DNA from: Thermoanaerobaculia bacterium
Lineage (GTDB): Bacteria > Acidobacteriota > Thermoanaerobaculia > Gp7-AA8
Length of the DNA: 64,000 nt
Direction: 5' to 3'
Assembly: GCA_036375075.1 (NCBI GenBank)
Contig: DASUSN010000052.1
Coordinates: forward strand, 26,195-90,194
A program made the translations under genes and the position numbers. The notes under the pieces were generated by a model. It saw only the letters and a list, made by a program, of their open reading frames with translations. It ran no database searches and was not told the origin of the DNA. Each line of letters opens with the position of its first letter. Position 1 is the stretch's first letter. This document shows positions 7,458 through 16,496 of the stretch, in pieces.

Positions 7458-8726
7458 ATGTCGCCCCGCATGAGATCCCTCGCCCTCTCGCTCTGTCTTT
7501 TTCTGGCTGCCGCGTCCCTGTACGCGCAGGAGCCCACGCGCTATCGTCTCGAGCGCGTCGTCGTCGAAGGCTCGTACGTCGACGAAGACATCATCCGCGC
7601 CGAGACCCGCCTCGAAGAAGAAGAGAGCTACACCGAAGAAGACTTCCGGCAGGGCGTGTACCGCGTGCGCCGGCTGCCGTTCGTCACCGACGCCGCCTAT
7701 CGCATCGAGCCCGGCGTGACCGGCGGCGGCACGACGCTCGTCATCCGCATCCTGGCCACGACCCCGATCTTCTACGAGGTGAACGCCGGAGCCTCCGAGG
7801 TCGCCGACGGCGACATCGAGGCGAGCGGGGACGTCCTCCTCGGCGGCCGCTGGCTCCTGGACAACCTCGGCGTTCTCGAAGGCGCGGTGCAAAAGGCGGA
7901 GGACGTCGACGGCTTTCTGGCCGGATTTGCCTACCGCGCGTACAACATCTACGGCACCGGCGGGTACGCGACCCTCGCGATCGCGCAGCGCTTCAAGGCC
8001 GACCCGGTCCTGTACGATCCGTCGGCGGTCCTCAGTCTCGGCTATCCCCTGACCCAGAAGCAGTCGCTGACGCTGTCCTACTCGCGCGCCAAGTCGCGCA
8101 TCCCGCGGGACTTCGACGTCGACGGCGACGACGACGATCCGGACATCGACGAGGACGAGGCCGAGGACGACAACCACACCCTGACGGAGCGCGACCGCTT
8201 CGAGTTCGCGGAGCTCCGCTGGTGGTACGAGACCATCGACGATCCGCTCTTCACCACCCGCGGCGTCCAGTTCTCCGCGGGACCGCGCTGGTCGACTGCC
8301 GACCACGTGACCGAGGTTTACGATGTGGACGACGAGGATCCGGAAGAGGAGGAGATCGCGACGGAGACGACCAGCTCCTCGCTCGGGTTCGCGCTCGACG
8401 GCGCGGCCTACCGGCCCCTCACCCGCCGCAACTCCGTGTTCCTCCGCGCCGGGGGCGACTACGCGAAGACGGACGAGGCGTCCGACCTGCAGTTCTTCAA
8501 CGGCTCGGCAGGCATCGGCCTGACGCACGACTTCCACTCGTACGCGGAGAACGTCCTCCGTCCGTTCCGGGCGCGGCTGCAGATCGGCGCCGGCTATCAG
8601 GGGTCGATCTTCCGTCCGGCGACGGGCGACGAGATCCGCACCACGGGCGCGTTCGCCGAGGCGGCGTTCGTGATGCGGCACCGCTTCGGGACGGTCCGGC
8701 TGTCGGCGGTCTACGACGCCGACTGA
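7458..8726 (+). CDS. Outer-membrane protein with a POTRA-like N-terminal domain and putative beta-barrel, highly acidic loops
   Basis: Signal peptide MSPRMRSLALSLCLFLAAASLYAQ. POTRA-like YRLERVVVEGSYVDEDIIRAE...LPFVTDAAYRIEPG. Alternating beta-strand pattern. Acidic runs DVDGDDDDPDIDEDEAEDD and DVDDEDPEEEE. Start chosen at the internal ATG of ORF 6981..8726. Confidence 0.55.
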   Translation: MSPRMRSLALSLCLFLAAASLYAQEPTRYRLERVVVEGSYVDEDIIRAETRLEEEESYTEEDFRQGVYRVRRLPFVTDAAYRIEPGVTGGGTTLVIRILATTPIFYEVNAGASEVADGDIEASGDVLLGGRWLLDNLGVLEGAVQKAEDVDGFLAGFAYRAYNIYGTGGYATLAIAQRFKADPVLYDPSAVLSLGYPLTQKQSLTLSYSRAKSRIPRDFDVDGDDDDPDIDEDEAEDDNHTLTERDRFEFAELRWWYETIDDPLFTTRGVQFSAGPRWSTADHVTEVYDVDDEDPEEEEIATETTSSSLGFALDGAAYRPLTRRNSVFLRAGGDYAKTDEASDLQFFNGSAGIGLTHDFHSYAENVLRPFRARLQIGAGYQGSIFRPATGDEIRTTGAFAEAAFVMRHRFGTVRLSAVYDAD

Positions 8727-8732
8727 CGGACC

Positions 8733-9371
8733 TTACGGGGCAGGCTCACGCTTCGCGCGCATCTTGGCCCGCAGGAACTCGATGATGCCCGGCAGCAGCG
8801 AGAGGAAGATCACGATGATGATCACCTTCTCGATGTGCTGCTCCGTGGCCGGGAACATGGTCACGAGCAGGTAGCCGAGCATCGTCATCGAGAACACCCA
8901 GCCGATGCCGCCGACGATGTTGAACAGCGCGAAGCGGCGGTAGCTCATGCCGGCCATGCCGGCCACTACGGGCGCGAACGTGCGCACGATCGGTACGAAG
9001 CGGGCGATGATGATGGTCTTGCCGCCGTGGCGCTCGTAGAACTCGTGCGTGGCGATGAGGTGCTTCTTCTTGAACAGCAACGAGTCTTCCTTGCGGAACA
9101 AGGCCGGGCCGAGCTTCTTGCCGATGTAGTAGCCGGTCGCGTCGCCCAGGATCGCGCAGGTCATCAGCAGCACGTTGAGGAAGACGATGTTCAGGTCGCC
9201 CTTGGCCGCGAACAGCCCCGCTGTGACGAGCAGCGAGTCCCCGGGGAGGAAAAATCCGATCATCAGACCCGTCTCGGTAAAGACGATGATGGCCAGGGCG
9301 AGATACCCGCCGGCCTGTACGAGGCCGCGGACATCGGTGATGAAATGAAACCATTCACGAAGCGTTTCCAT
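8733..9371 (-). CDS. DedA-family inner membrane protein
   Basis: METLREWFHFITD...IVFTETGLMIGFFLPGDSLL...HGGKTIIIARFVPIVRTFAPVVAG. Start set at the internal Met (9371), because the upstream part of the 284-aa ORF is Arg/Ser-rich noise. Confidence 0.85.
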   Translation of the reverse strand: METLREWFHFITDVRGLVQAGGYLALAIIVFTETGLMIGFFLPGDSLLVTAGLFAAKGDLNIVFLNVLLMTCAILGDATGYYIGKKLGPALFRKEDSLLFKKKHLIATHEFYERHGGKTIIIARFVPIVRTFAPVVAGMAGMSYRRFALFNIVGGIGWVFSMTMLGYLLVTMFPATEQHIEKVIIIVIFLSLLPGIIEFLRAKMRAKREPAP

Positions 9372-9390
9372 CGGGGGCGCGAATCCTAGC

Positions 9391-10899
9391 ATGCAGCCAA
9401 TGCAAGACCGGTACGATGTCGTCATTCTCGGGGGCGCCTTCAGCGGCGCGTCCGCCGCGATCCTGCTCCGCCGCGAGTGCCCGGACCTCAGCGTGCTGAT
9501 CGTAGAGAAGGCCGAGCGCTTCGACGAAAAGGTCGGCGAGGCCACGACCGAGATGTCGGCGATGTTCCTCACCCGCCGCCTGGCCATGTGGCGCCATCTC
9601 GAGAACGAGCAGCTCCCGAAGGAGGGGCTGCGCTACTGGTTCTCGAACGAGAAGGTGACGGGCCATGCGAACGCGAGCGAGACCGGCGGGTTCATCCGCA
9701 GCACGGTGCCGGCGTTCCAGCTTCGCCGCGACGCGCTCGACGAGCATCTGCTCGCCACAGCCGTGACCGAAGGCGCGGAGCTCTGGCGCGGCGCGCGCGC
9801 GACGGACGTGACTCTCGGCGACTTCGACCACAAAATCACGGTCGAGGGCCACACCATCTCTTGCCGCTGGCTGCTCGACGCCACCGGCCGTGTGAACTTC
9901 CTGGGCCGCAAGCTCGACCTGATCGAGCGCAACGACGAGCATCCGACCGCCGCGGTGTGGTGCCGGTGGAAGAACGTCCGGCACATCGACGACATCGCGG
10001 TGCGTGGCGGATTCGGGGCGACCAACGTCGGCTCGCGCCGGCTGGGCACGAACCACTACACCGGCTACGGTTACTGGATCTGGGTGATTCCGCTGCGCAA
10101 CGGCGAGACGAGCATCGGCGTCGTGTTCGACAAGCGTCTGATCGGGCTGCATCAGTCGAAGAACCGGGCCGAGGACTTCATCGCGTTCCTGAAAGCCATC
10201 CCCGCGCTGGCGGAGCTGCTCGAAGGCGCCGAGCCGCGGCTGGAAGACCTGCGGTTCTATTCGCACCTCGCTTACGCGACGAAGCAGTACATGGGCCGCG
10301 GCTGGTCGCTCCTCGGCGACGCGGCGGCGTTCCTCGATCCGTACTACTCGCCCGGCCTCGACCACGCCTCGTTTACCGCCGAGGCGACGGTGGAGATGAT
10401 CAAGAAGGACCGGATGGGCGAGGACCTCACCGCACGCATCGCGGAGCACAACGAGACGTTCGTGCGGTCGTACTGGCGCTTCTTCCGCGCGGTGTACAAG
10501 GACAAGTACTACTACATGGGCGAAGGCGACCTGCTCAGCGCGGCCATGCTCATCGACACGGCGCAGTACTACATCTTCGTGGTGATCCCGGCGTACAAGT
10601 TCCTCAAGCGCTTCGACTGGATGCCCGTGCTGGGCCCGAAGCCGGCGTTCCTCAGCTACCACATGATGCAGGTGTACAACCGCCGCTTCAAAGCGATCGC
10701 GGAAAAACGCCGCGCGGCCGGGCGGGCGGGGGCGCTGAACGACGGACGCCGCATCAAGGTGTACTTCAACCTCGGCCTGGCCCCGCTGCGGATGGTGTTT
10801 CGCGGCATGAAGTTGTGGCTACGCGCGGAGTGGGGCGCGCTGTGGATGCGCCGCGTGGCCCCGACCAAGGTGCCGCAGCCCGTCATCGAAAAAATGTAG
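9391..10899 (+). CDS. FAD-dependent oxidoreductase, flavin-dependent-halogenase-like (502 aa)
   Basis: YDVVILGGAFSGASAA (GxGxxG), GYWIWVIPL (WxWxIP), GDAAAFLDPYYSPGLD. Its TAG stop lies inside repeat family B. Confidence 0.7.
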   Translation: MQPMQDRYDVVILGGAFSGASAAILLRRECPDLSVLIVEKAERFDEKVGEATTEMSAMFLTRRLAMWRHLENEQLPKEGLRYWFSNEKVTGHANASETGGFIRSTVPAFQLRRDALDEHLLATAVTEGAELWRGARATDVTLGDFDHKITVEGHTISCRWLLDATGRVNFLGRKLDLIERNDEHPTAAVWCRWKNVRHIDDIAVRGGFGATNVGSRRLGTNHYTGYGYWIWVIPLRNGETSIGVVFDKRLIGLHQSKNRAEDFIAFLKAIPALAELLEGAEPRLEDLRFYSHLAYATKQYMGRGWSLLGDAAAFLDPYYSPGLDHASFTAEATVEMIKKDRMGEDLTARIAEHNETFVRSYWRFFRAVYKDKYYYMGEGDLLSAAMLIDTAQYYIFVVIPAYKFLKRFDWMPVLGPKPAFLSYHMMQVYNRRFKAIAEKRRAAGRAGALNDGRRIKVYFNLGLAPLRMVFRGMKLWLRAEWGALWMRRVAPTKVPQPVIEKM

Positions 10900-10980
10900 G
10901 GCGCGGCTTCAGCCCGCCTCTCGGACGGGGAGGGGGGAATGCCACCACCCACCGGGGCCGGCTGAAGCCGCGCCCTACAT
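10894..10980. repeat. Palindromic element family B, complete copy
   Basis: ATGTAGGGCGCGGCTTCAGCC ... GGCTGAAGCCGCGCCCTACAT, 21-nt perfect arms with a ~45-nt G-rich centre. Fills the gap between convergent genes (stops at 10897-10899 and 10983-10985). Confidence 0.9.
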
Positions 10981-10982
10981 TT

Positions 10983-12278
10983 TTACAACGCCGCCAGCGC
11001 CGCGCGTTTGACCTTGCCGCGTTCGTCCACGGGCATCTGATCGATCAGCTTCACGATGCGCGGGACCTTGTGGGACGAGAGTCGGGCGCGGCAGAACTCG
11101 CGCACCTGTTCGCGGGTGACCTCCGGCGTCGCGACGATCGCCGCGGCGACCACTTCGCCTCGCGCACCCGCGGGCTCGCCGTACACCTTCGCCTGCGACA
11201 CGCCGTCGATCTGCAGGAGCACGGCCTCGACTTCACGCGGGTTGACCTTCTTGCCGGCGGTGTTGATCAGGTCGCCGGCGCGGCCGACGAGGGCGATCTC
11301 GCCGTCCCGCTCTTCGACCAGATCGTCCGAAACGAACGTCCCGCCGACGAACGGCTGGAACGTGACGGCATCGAACAGATAGCCGGCCGCGACGGAACCG
11401 CTGCGGACGGACAGGCGGCGGGCGTCGGTCGTGAGCGTGACCCCGTCGAGGGCCGTGCCGACCGTGCCGCGCTCCACGGAGCCGCCGCGGCGGTCGTACG
11501 TGATCCCGCCGCACTCGCTGCAGCCGTAGAACGTATGAATGTCGATGCCGAACCGCTCCCGGAACTTCCGCGACGTCGACGCCGGCAGCGGCGCGCCCGC
11601 GGAAATGAACGTCCGGATCGTCTCGAACGACCCGTGCGCGGCCGTGGTCAGGTGCTCGAACACCATCGGGATCAGCGGCGCGACGGTGCAGCGGTACGCG
11701 TTCGCCAGATCGACGAGCGACTGCGGCAGGTAGTCGTTCGACACGACCACCGGCGTCCCCTGCACGAGCAGCGGCATGACCAGGTTGGAGAAGCCGTAGG
11801 AGTGGGAGAAGGGGATGGCGCCGAGGTTGATGTCGGACGGGGCGATGCCCATCGTGACGCAGATGTTCGTGGCGTCCGCGATGAGGTTCGCCTCGGTCGT
11901 GACGATCCCTTTCGGCGTCGCCGTCGAGCCGGACGTCAGCTTGACCAGCCGGGCATCCGCCGGCACGTCCGCGCGCCGGCCGATGTCGAAATGGCGACGG
12001 ATCGCGGCGACTTCATTGCCGGTCGCGTCGCGGTCGATCAGGAACACCACGAGGTCGAGCCGCACCGCCGCCAGGAACGTGGCGACGAGCTCGACCGAGT
12101 TCGGGAGCTGGATGGCGAAGCCGTCCCGTGCCCGGGCCCCGGACGCCGCGAGCTCGGCCGCGACCGCTTCCGATCGCTCCAGGAGCATCGCCCGCGTGGT
12201 CACGTGACCGGTCGCGCCGTCGATCAGCGCCGGCGCATCGGGCGCGGCCTGCACGAGAGAGACAAATCTTTGGAACAT
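10983..12278 (-). CDS. Adenylate-forming enzyme (acyl/aryl-CoA or -ACP ligase), short 431-aa form
   Basis: LTSGSTATPKGIV, YGCSECGGITYD, GDLINTAGKKVNPREVE. Start set at MFQRF (12278). Confidence 0.8.
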   Translation of the reverse strand: MFQRFVSLVQAAPDAPALIDGATGHVTTRAMLLERSEAVAAELAASGARARDGFAIQLPNSVELVATFLAAVRLDLVVFLIDRDATGNEVAAIRRHFDIGRRADVPADARLVKLTSGSTATPKGIVTTEANLIADATNICVTMGIAPSDINLGAIPFSHSYGFSNLVMPLLVQGTPVVVSNDYLPQSLVDLANAYRCTVAPLIPMVFEHLTTAAHGSFETIRTFISAGAPLPASTSRKFRERFGIDIHTFYGCSECGGITYDRRGGSVERGTVGTALDGVTLTTDARRLSVRSGSVAAGYLFDAVTFQPFVGGTFVSDDLVEERDGEIALVGRAGDLINTAGKKVNPREVEAVLLQIDGVSQAKVYGEPAGARGEVVAAAIVATPEVTREQVREFCRARLSSHKVPRIVKLIDQMPVDERGKVKRAALAAL

Positions 12279-12300
12279 TGGACTTAAGGGGCAGAATAAC

Positions 12301-13575
12301 ATGCGCCCGGCGCCGCGTTTGACCAGCCCGATGCGCGACGTCATCGTCATCGGCGGAGGCCCGGCGGGCACGACCGCCGCCACCCTGCTTGCCCGGCAGG
12401 GACTCTCCGTAACGCTTCTGGAGCGCGAACGGTTCCCGCGTTTCCAGATCGGGGAATCCCTCCTCCCGTACAACAACGACCTCTTCGCCCGCCTCGGCGT
12501 CACGGACGAGCTGCTGACCGGCGACTTCCATCCGAAATACGGCGCCTTCTTCGTCACGGCCGACGGCGCGATCAGCTACCGCTTCCGCTTCGACCAGCGC
12601 CTGCGCGACCCCTACCGCCGCTCGTTTCAGGTGAGGCGCTCGGAGTTCGACCATCTCCTGCTGAAGAACGCCGAGAAGCACGGCGTGGAGGTGCTGCAGG
12701 AGACGCCCGTGACCTCCGTCGACCTGTCGGACCCGGAGAAGGCGGTGATCAACGGCAGCCTCGAGGCGCGCTTCGTCGTCGACGCCAGCGGCCACGGCGC
12801 GGTCGTCGGCAATCGCCTCAGCGCGCGGACGGACGTCCCCTCGCTGAAGAAGATCGCCTTCTTTGCGCACTACCGGAACGTGGCGCGTGCGGAGGGGAAG
12901 GACGCGGGCAACACGGTCATCGCCGTGCTCCAGAACGGGTGGTTCTGGATGATCCCGATCAGCACGGAGATCATGAGCGTGGGTCTGGTGGTGGACCGCG
13001 AGCACGTGCTCCGCTGCGGCCTCGAGCCGCAGGCGCTGCTGGAGCGCACGATCGCGGCGTCGCCGTGGGTCGCGGAGCAGATGAAGAACGCCGAGCGCGT
13101 GTCGCAGGTCTACGCGCGCAAGGACTTCTCGTTCCGGATGCAGTCGCTCGCGGGCAGCAACTACGCGCTGGTCGGCGACGCCGCGGGGTTCCTCGACCCG
13201 ATCTTCTCGACGGGCGTGTTCATGGCCATGAAGTCCGCGGACATGGCCGCGGAGGCGATCGCCGCACGCCTGGGCACGGGCTCGATGCGCGCGCTGGAGC
13301 GCTACGAGCGCAAGATGCAGCGCGGCCTCGACAAGTACCTGCGCTTCATCGAGCACTTCTACGACCGCGATTTCCTCGAGGTCTTCTTCCACCCCGCCGA
13401 GCACTTCGGCATCCTCGACGCCGTGGTGGGCGTGCTCGCGGGCAACATCTTCCAGGCGCGCGGCAACCGCTTCCGCCTGGCCCTGTTCTTCTTCCTCGTG
13501 AAACTGCAGAAGTGGCGCGGGATGGTCGCGCCGCGCATTTCGTGGGAGTCGCTTCCCGCCGCTGCTAAACTCTGA
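12301..13575 (+). CDS. FAD-dependent oxidoreductase, flavin-dependent-halogenase-like (424 aa)
   Basis: VIVIGGGPAGTTAA (GxGxxG), GWFWMIPIS (WxWxIP), GDAAGFLDPIFSTGVF. An alternative start is ATG 12331 (MRDVIVIGGG). Confidence 0.72.
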   Translation: MRPAPRLTSPMRDVIVIGGGPAGTTAATLLARQGLSVTLLERERFPRFQIGESLLPYNNDLFARLGVTDELLTGDFHPKYGAFFVTADGAISYRFRFDQRLRDPYRRSFQVRRSEFDHLLLKNAEKHGVEVLQETPVTSVDLSDPEKAVINGSLEARFVVDASGHGAVVGNRLSARTDVPSLKKIAFFAHYRNVARAEGKDAGNTVIAVLQNGWFWMIPISTEIMSVGLVVDREHVLRCGLEPQALLERTIAASPWVAEQMKNAERVSQVYARKDFSFRMQSLAGSNYALVGDAAGFLDPIFSTGVFMAMKSADMAAEAIAARLGTGSMRALERYERKMQRGLDKYLRFIEHFYDRDFLEVFFHPAEHFGILDAVVGVLAGNIFQARGNRFRLALFFFLVKLQKWRGMVAPRISWESLPAAAKL

Positions 13576-13586
13576 CCGAATCCGAC

Positions 13587-13862
13587 ATGACCACTGACCT
13601 CAGACGTAAGCTCAAGGAACTGCTCATCGAGCGGCTGAAGTTCGAAGACATGACTCCCGAAGACATCCCCGACGACGAGCCTCTCTTCGCCGGCGGCCTC
13701 GGCCTCGACTCGATCGACGCGCTGGAGATCGTGGTGATGCTTGAGAGCGAGTTCGGCATCAAGGTGAAGAACGAGACCTCCGCCCGGGAGTCCTTCCGCT
13801 CCATCTCCACGCTGGCCGACTACGTCGGCGGCAGGCTCGCGCAGGAGCAGCCGCAGGCTTGA
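13587..13862 (+). CDS. Acyl carrier protein
   Basis: 91 aa with LGLDSIDALEIVVMLESEFGI (phosphopantetheine Ser in the DSI motif). Confidence 0.88.
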   Translation: MTTDLRRKLKELLIERLKFEDMTPEDIPDDEPLFAGGLGLDSIDALEIVVMLESEFGIKVKNETSARESFRSISTLADYVGGRLAQEQPQA

Positions 13863-14233
13863 CGTCGAGCTGGCTCTCGAACCTCCCGCACCAGATTCCG
13901 TTCCGCGCGGCGAGCGCAGCGCGTCGCATCGACGAGAAGACGATCGAGGGCCGGTACCTGGTCACGGCAAACGACACCCTGCCTGCCGCCGTGATGGCTG
14001 TCGAGGCGATGGCGCAGTTCGCGGGCGGGCTGGTGTTCGACGAGCAGGGGTTCTTCAGCGGCATCGACCGCTGCGAGCTCGTCCGGCAGCTCGAAGTCGG
14101 CGACGTCCTGGTGTGCACGGTGACGCTCGAAGCCGACTTCGGTGGAACGTTCCGCTTCAGCGGAATCGGACGCGTCGATGGAGTAGAAGCAGTACGGGGC
14201 AGGTTCTATCTGTCCGCTCGTGCGAATCCCTGA
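13859..14233 (+). CDS. FabZ/hot-dog-like 3-hydroxyacyl-ACP dehydratase
   Basis: LPHQIPFRAA resembles the FabZ LPHRxPF motif. 124 aa. The TTG start overlaps the ACP stop. Confidence 0.55.
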   Translation: MTSSWLSNLPHQIPFRAASAARRIDEKTIEGRYLVTANDTLPAAVMAVEAMAQFAGGLVFDEQGFFSGIDRCELVRQLEVGDVLVCTVTLEADFGGTFRFSGIGRVDGVEAVRGRFYLSARANP

Positions 14234-15407
14234 CCTGAACACGCGGATCGCCGTAACCGGCGCCGGCATCGTCTGTTCCATCGGACGCAGCAAGGCCGAG
14301 GTGTGGCGGGCGATCGTGGAGTCGCGGGCGGGGATCGCGAAGCTGACGCGGTTCGAAGGGGAGACTTTTCCGACGGACATCGCGGCCGAGGCTGACGTCG
14401 AGCTGCCCAGAGGGAAACGCCTGTCGCGGACGGATCTGCTCGCGGTGCTGGCGGCGAAGGAAGCGCTCGAACAGGCGGGAGACATTCCGCTCGATCGCGC
14501 CGTGGTCTCCACCGGCACGAGCACGGGCGGACTGCTGGAAGGGGAGGATTACTACTTCCAGCGCCTGATCCGCGGGCGGCGCCGGGCGCCGGCCTCCCGC
14601 GTGCTGCAGCAGCCGACCTCCGGTCCCTCGGACGCCGTGGCCCAGGCGTTCAAGCTGGGCGGCGGGGTGATCTCGAACGCGACGGCGTGCGCGTCGGCCG
14701 GCGCGGCGATCGGCATGGCCGCGGACTACCTCCGCTCGCGTCACGCGGACGTCGCCATCGCGGGCGGGAGCGACGCGCTGTGCCGGCTCACGTACAGCGG
14801 CTTCAACGTGCTCCAGGCGGTCGACCCGGAGCCCTGCTCGCCGTTCGGCGCGAACCGCAAGGGCATCACCCTCGGCGAAGGCGCGGCCTACCTCGTGCTG
14901 GAGCGGTGGGACGACGCGGTCGCGCGCGGCGCGACGATCCTGGCCGAGCTGTCGGGCTACGGCGCGTCGTGCGATGCCCATCATCCGACCGCGCCGGCCG
15001 AAGACGGCCGCGGCGCGGAAGCCGCGATGCGCGGCGCGTTGTCGGAGGGGGGGCTGACGCCCGCGGCGGTGGACTACGTGAACGCGCACGGCACCGGCAC
15101 GGCCCTCAACGACGCGGCGGAGACACGCGCGATCATCGCCGCGCTCGGTACGGACGTCCCGGCGTCGTCGAGCAAGTCCTACTTCGGCCACACCCTCGGC
15201 GCGTCCGGCGCGATCGAGGCCGTCGTGACCGTGCTCGCGCTGCAGAACCAGCTCGCCCCGCCGACGTTGCGTCTGCGCGAGCCCGCGCCCGAATGCCCGC
15301 TCGACTACATCCCCGACACCCCGCGCCCGATGGCGCTGGCGAACGTGCTCTCCAACACCTTCGGTTTCGGCGGCAGCAACGTCTCGCTGCTGTTCCGCCG
15401 CGCCTGA
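14220..15407 (+). CDS. Beta-ketoacyl-ACP synthase (KS, FabF/type II PKS KS-alpha-like)
   Basis: Cys in NATACASAGAAI, His in CDAHHPTAP and VNAHGTGT, C-terminal GFGGSNVSLLF. Confidence 0.88.
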   Translation: MRIPDLNTRIAVTGAGIVCSIGRSKAEVWRAIVESRAGIAKLTRFEGETFPTDIAAEADVELPRGKRLSRTDLLAVLAAKEALEQAGDIPLDRAVVSTGTSTGGLLEGEDYYFQRLIRGRRRAPASRVLQQPTSGPSDAVAQAFKLGGGVISNATACASAGAAIGMAADYLRSRHADVAIAGGSDALCRLTYSGFNVLQAVDPEPCSPFGANRKGITLGEGAAYLVLERWDDAVARGATILAELSGYGASCDAHHPTAPAEDGRGAEAAMRGALSEGGLTPAAVDYVNAHGTGTALNDAAETRAIIAALGTDVPASSSKSYFGHTLGASGAIEAVVTVLALQNQLAPPTLRLREPAPECPLDYIPDTPRPMALANVLSNTFGFGGSNVSLLFRRA

Positions 15408-15428
15408 AGTGCTATAACCCCGCCCCGC

Positions 15429-16496
15429 GTGCGCATCCCCATCACCGGCATCGGCGTCATCGCTCCCGGCGCGATCGGCATCGAGGCCTTCCGTGCGCTG
15501 CTGGCGAGCGGGCAGTCCGCGGTGGCGGACGTCGATCGTTTCGACACCACCGGCCTCTCCGCGCACCAGGCGGCGCTCGTCCTCGACTTCAAGCCGAAGG
15601 AGTTCATCCCGGTGATGAAGATGCGGCGGATGAACGCGCTCTCCCGCCTCGGCGTGGCCGCGGCGAAGCTGGCGATCGCGGACTGCGGCGGCTCGCTGCT
15701 GCCGGAGACGGGTGTCGCCATCGGCACGGCGTTCGGGCCGGTCCAGACGTCCGTCGAGTACATGCAGGAGTACGTGGAGAAGGGCGCGGCCCTGGCGCCT
15801 CCCCAACTCTTCGCGGAATCGGTCGCGAACGCGCCGGGGAGCCACATCGCCATCGAGTGGGGGCTGCGCGGGTTCAACGTGACGATCACGCAGCGGGAGT
15901 CGTCGGCGCTCGCGGCGGCGATGTACGCGGCGACGCAACTGGCGAAGGGGACGGTGCGCGCGGCGCTGATCGGCGGGGTGGAGGAGGCGAACGAGATGCT
16001 GTTCAGCGTGCTCGATCGCATCGGCGCCCTCGCCCACAACGGCACCCCGGGCATGATCCTCGGCGAAGGCGGCGCGGTGCTGGTCGCGGGCGCGGGGACG
16101 CGGAAGCCGTACGGCTGGCTGGCGGGCTTCGGGATCGCGCGCGACACGACGGCGCCGATCTCGGACTGGGGCCACGACGAGAAAAGCGTCGTCACGGCCA
16201 TGCAGGCGGCGCTGGACGACGCGGAGGTGACGGAGGTCGACGCGATCTTCGTCTCGGCGAACGGCGCCCCGCGCGGCGACGAAGTGGAAGCGCGGGCGAT
16301 CCAGGCGCGGTTCGGCGACGCCGTCCCGCTCGTGCCGACCAAGCAGGTCTTCGGCGAGTACGCCGCCGGCGGCGCACTGCAGATCGCGGCGGCGCTGGTC
16401 GCGCTCGACGAAGGCCGCTACCGCAACGTGCTCGTCAACTCGATCTCCGCCGGCGGCGGAATCGTTTGTGCTGTGCTGTCGCGGGAGGCGGCATGA
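15429..16496 (+). CDS. KS-like partner lacking the catalytic triad (chain-length-factor-like)
   Basis: KS fold (ITGIGVIAPGAIG... ISAGGGIVCAVL), but the Cys position reads RESSALAA and the second His motif reads VSANGAPRG. Confidence 0.75.
   Translation: MRIPITGIGVIAPGAIGIEAFRALLASGQSAVADVDRFDTTGLSAHQAALVLDFKPKEFIPVMKMRRMNALSRLGVAAAKLAIADCGGSLLPETGVAIGTAFGPVQTSVEYMQEYVEKGAALAPPQLFAESVANAPGSHIAIEWGLRGFNVTITQRESSALAAAMYAATQLAKGTVRAALIGGVEEANEMLFSVLDRIGALAHNGTPGMILGEGGAVLVAGAGTRKPYGWLAGFGIARDTTAPISDWGHDEKSVVTAMQAALDDAEVTEVDAIFVSANGAPRGDEVEARAIQARFGDAVPLVPTKQVFGEYAAGGALQIAAALVALDEGRYRNVLVNSISAGGGIVCAVLSREAA

Noticed and set aside
8733-9587. The longest-ORF starts for the DedA gene (9587), ligase gene (12557), second regulator gene (62564) and second kinase gene (63742).
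   Set aside because: The N-terminal extensions are Arg/Pro/Ser-rich, overlap neighbouring genes, and precede internal starts that give family-typical N-termini.
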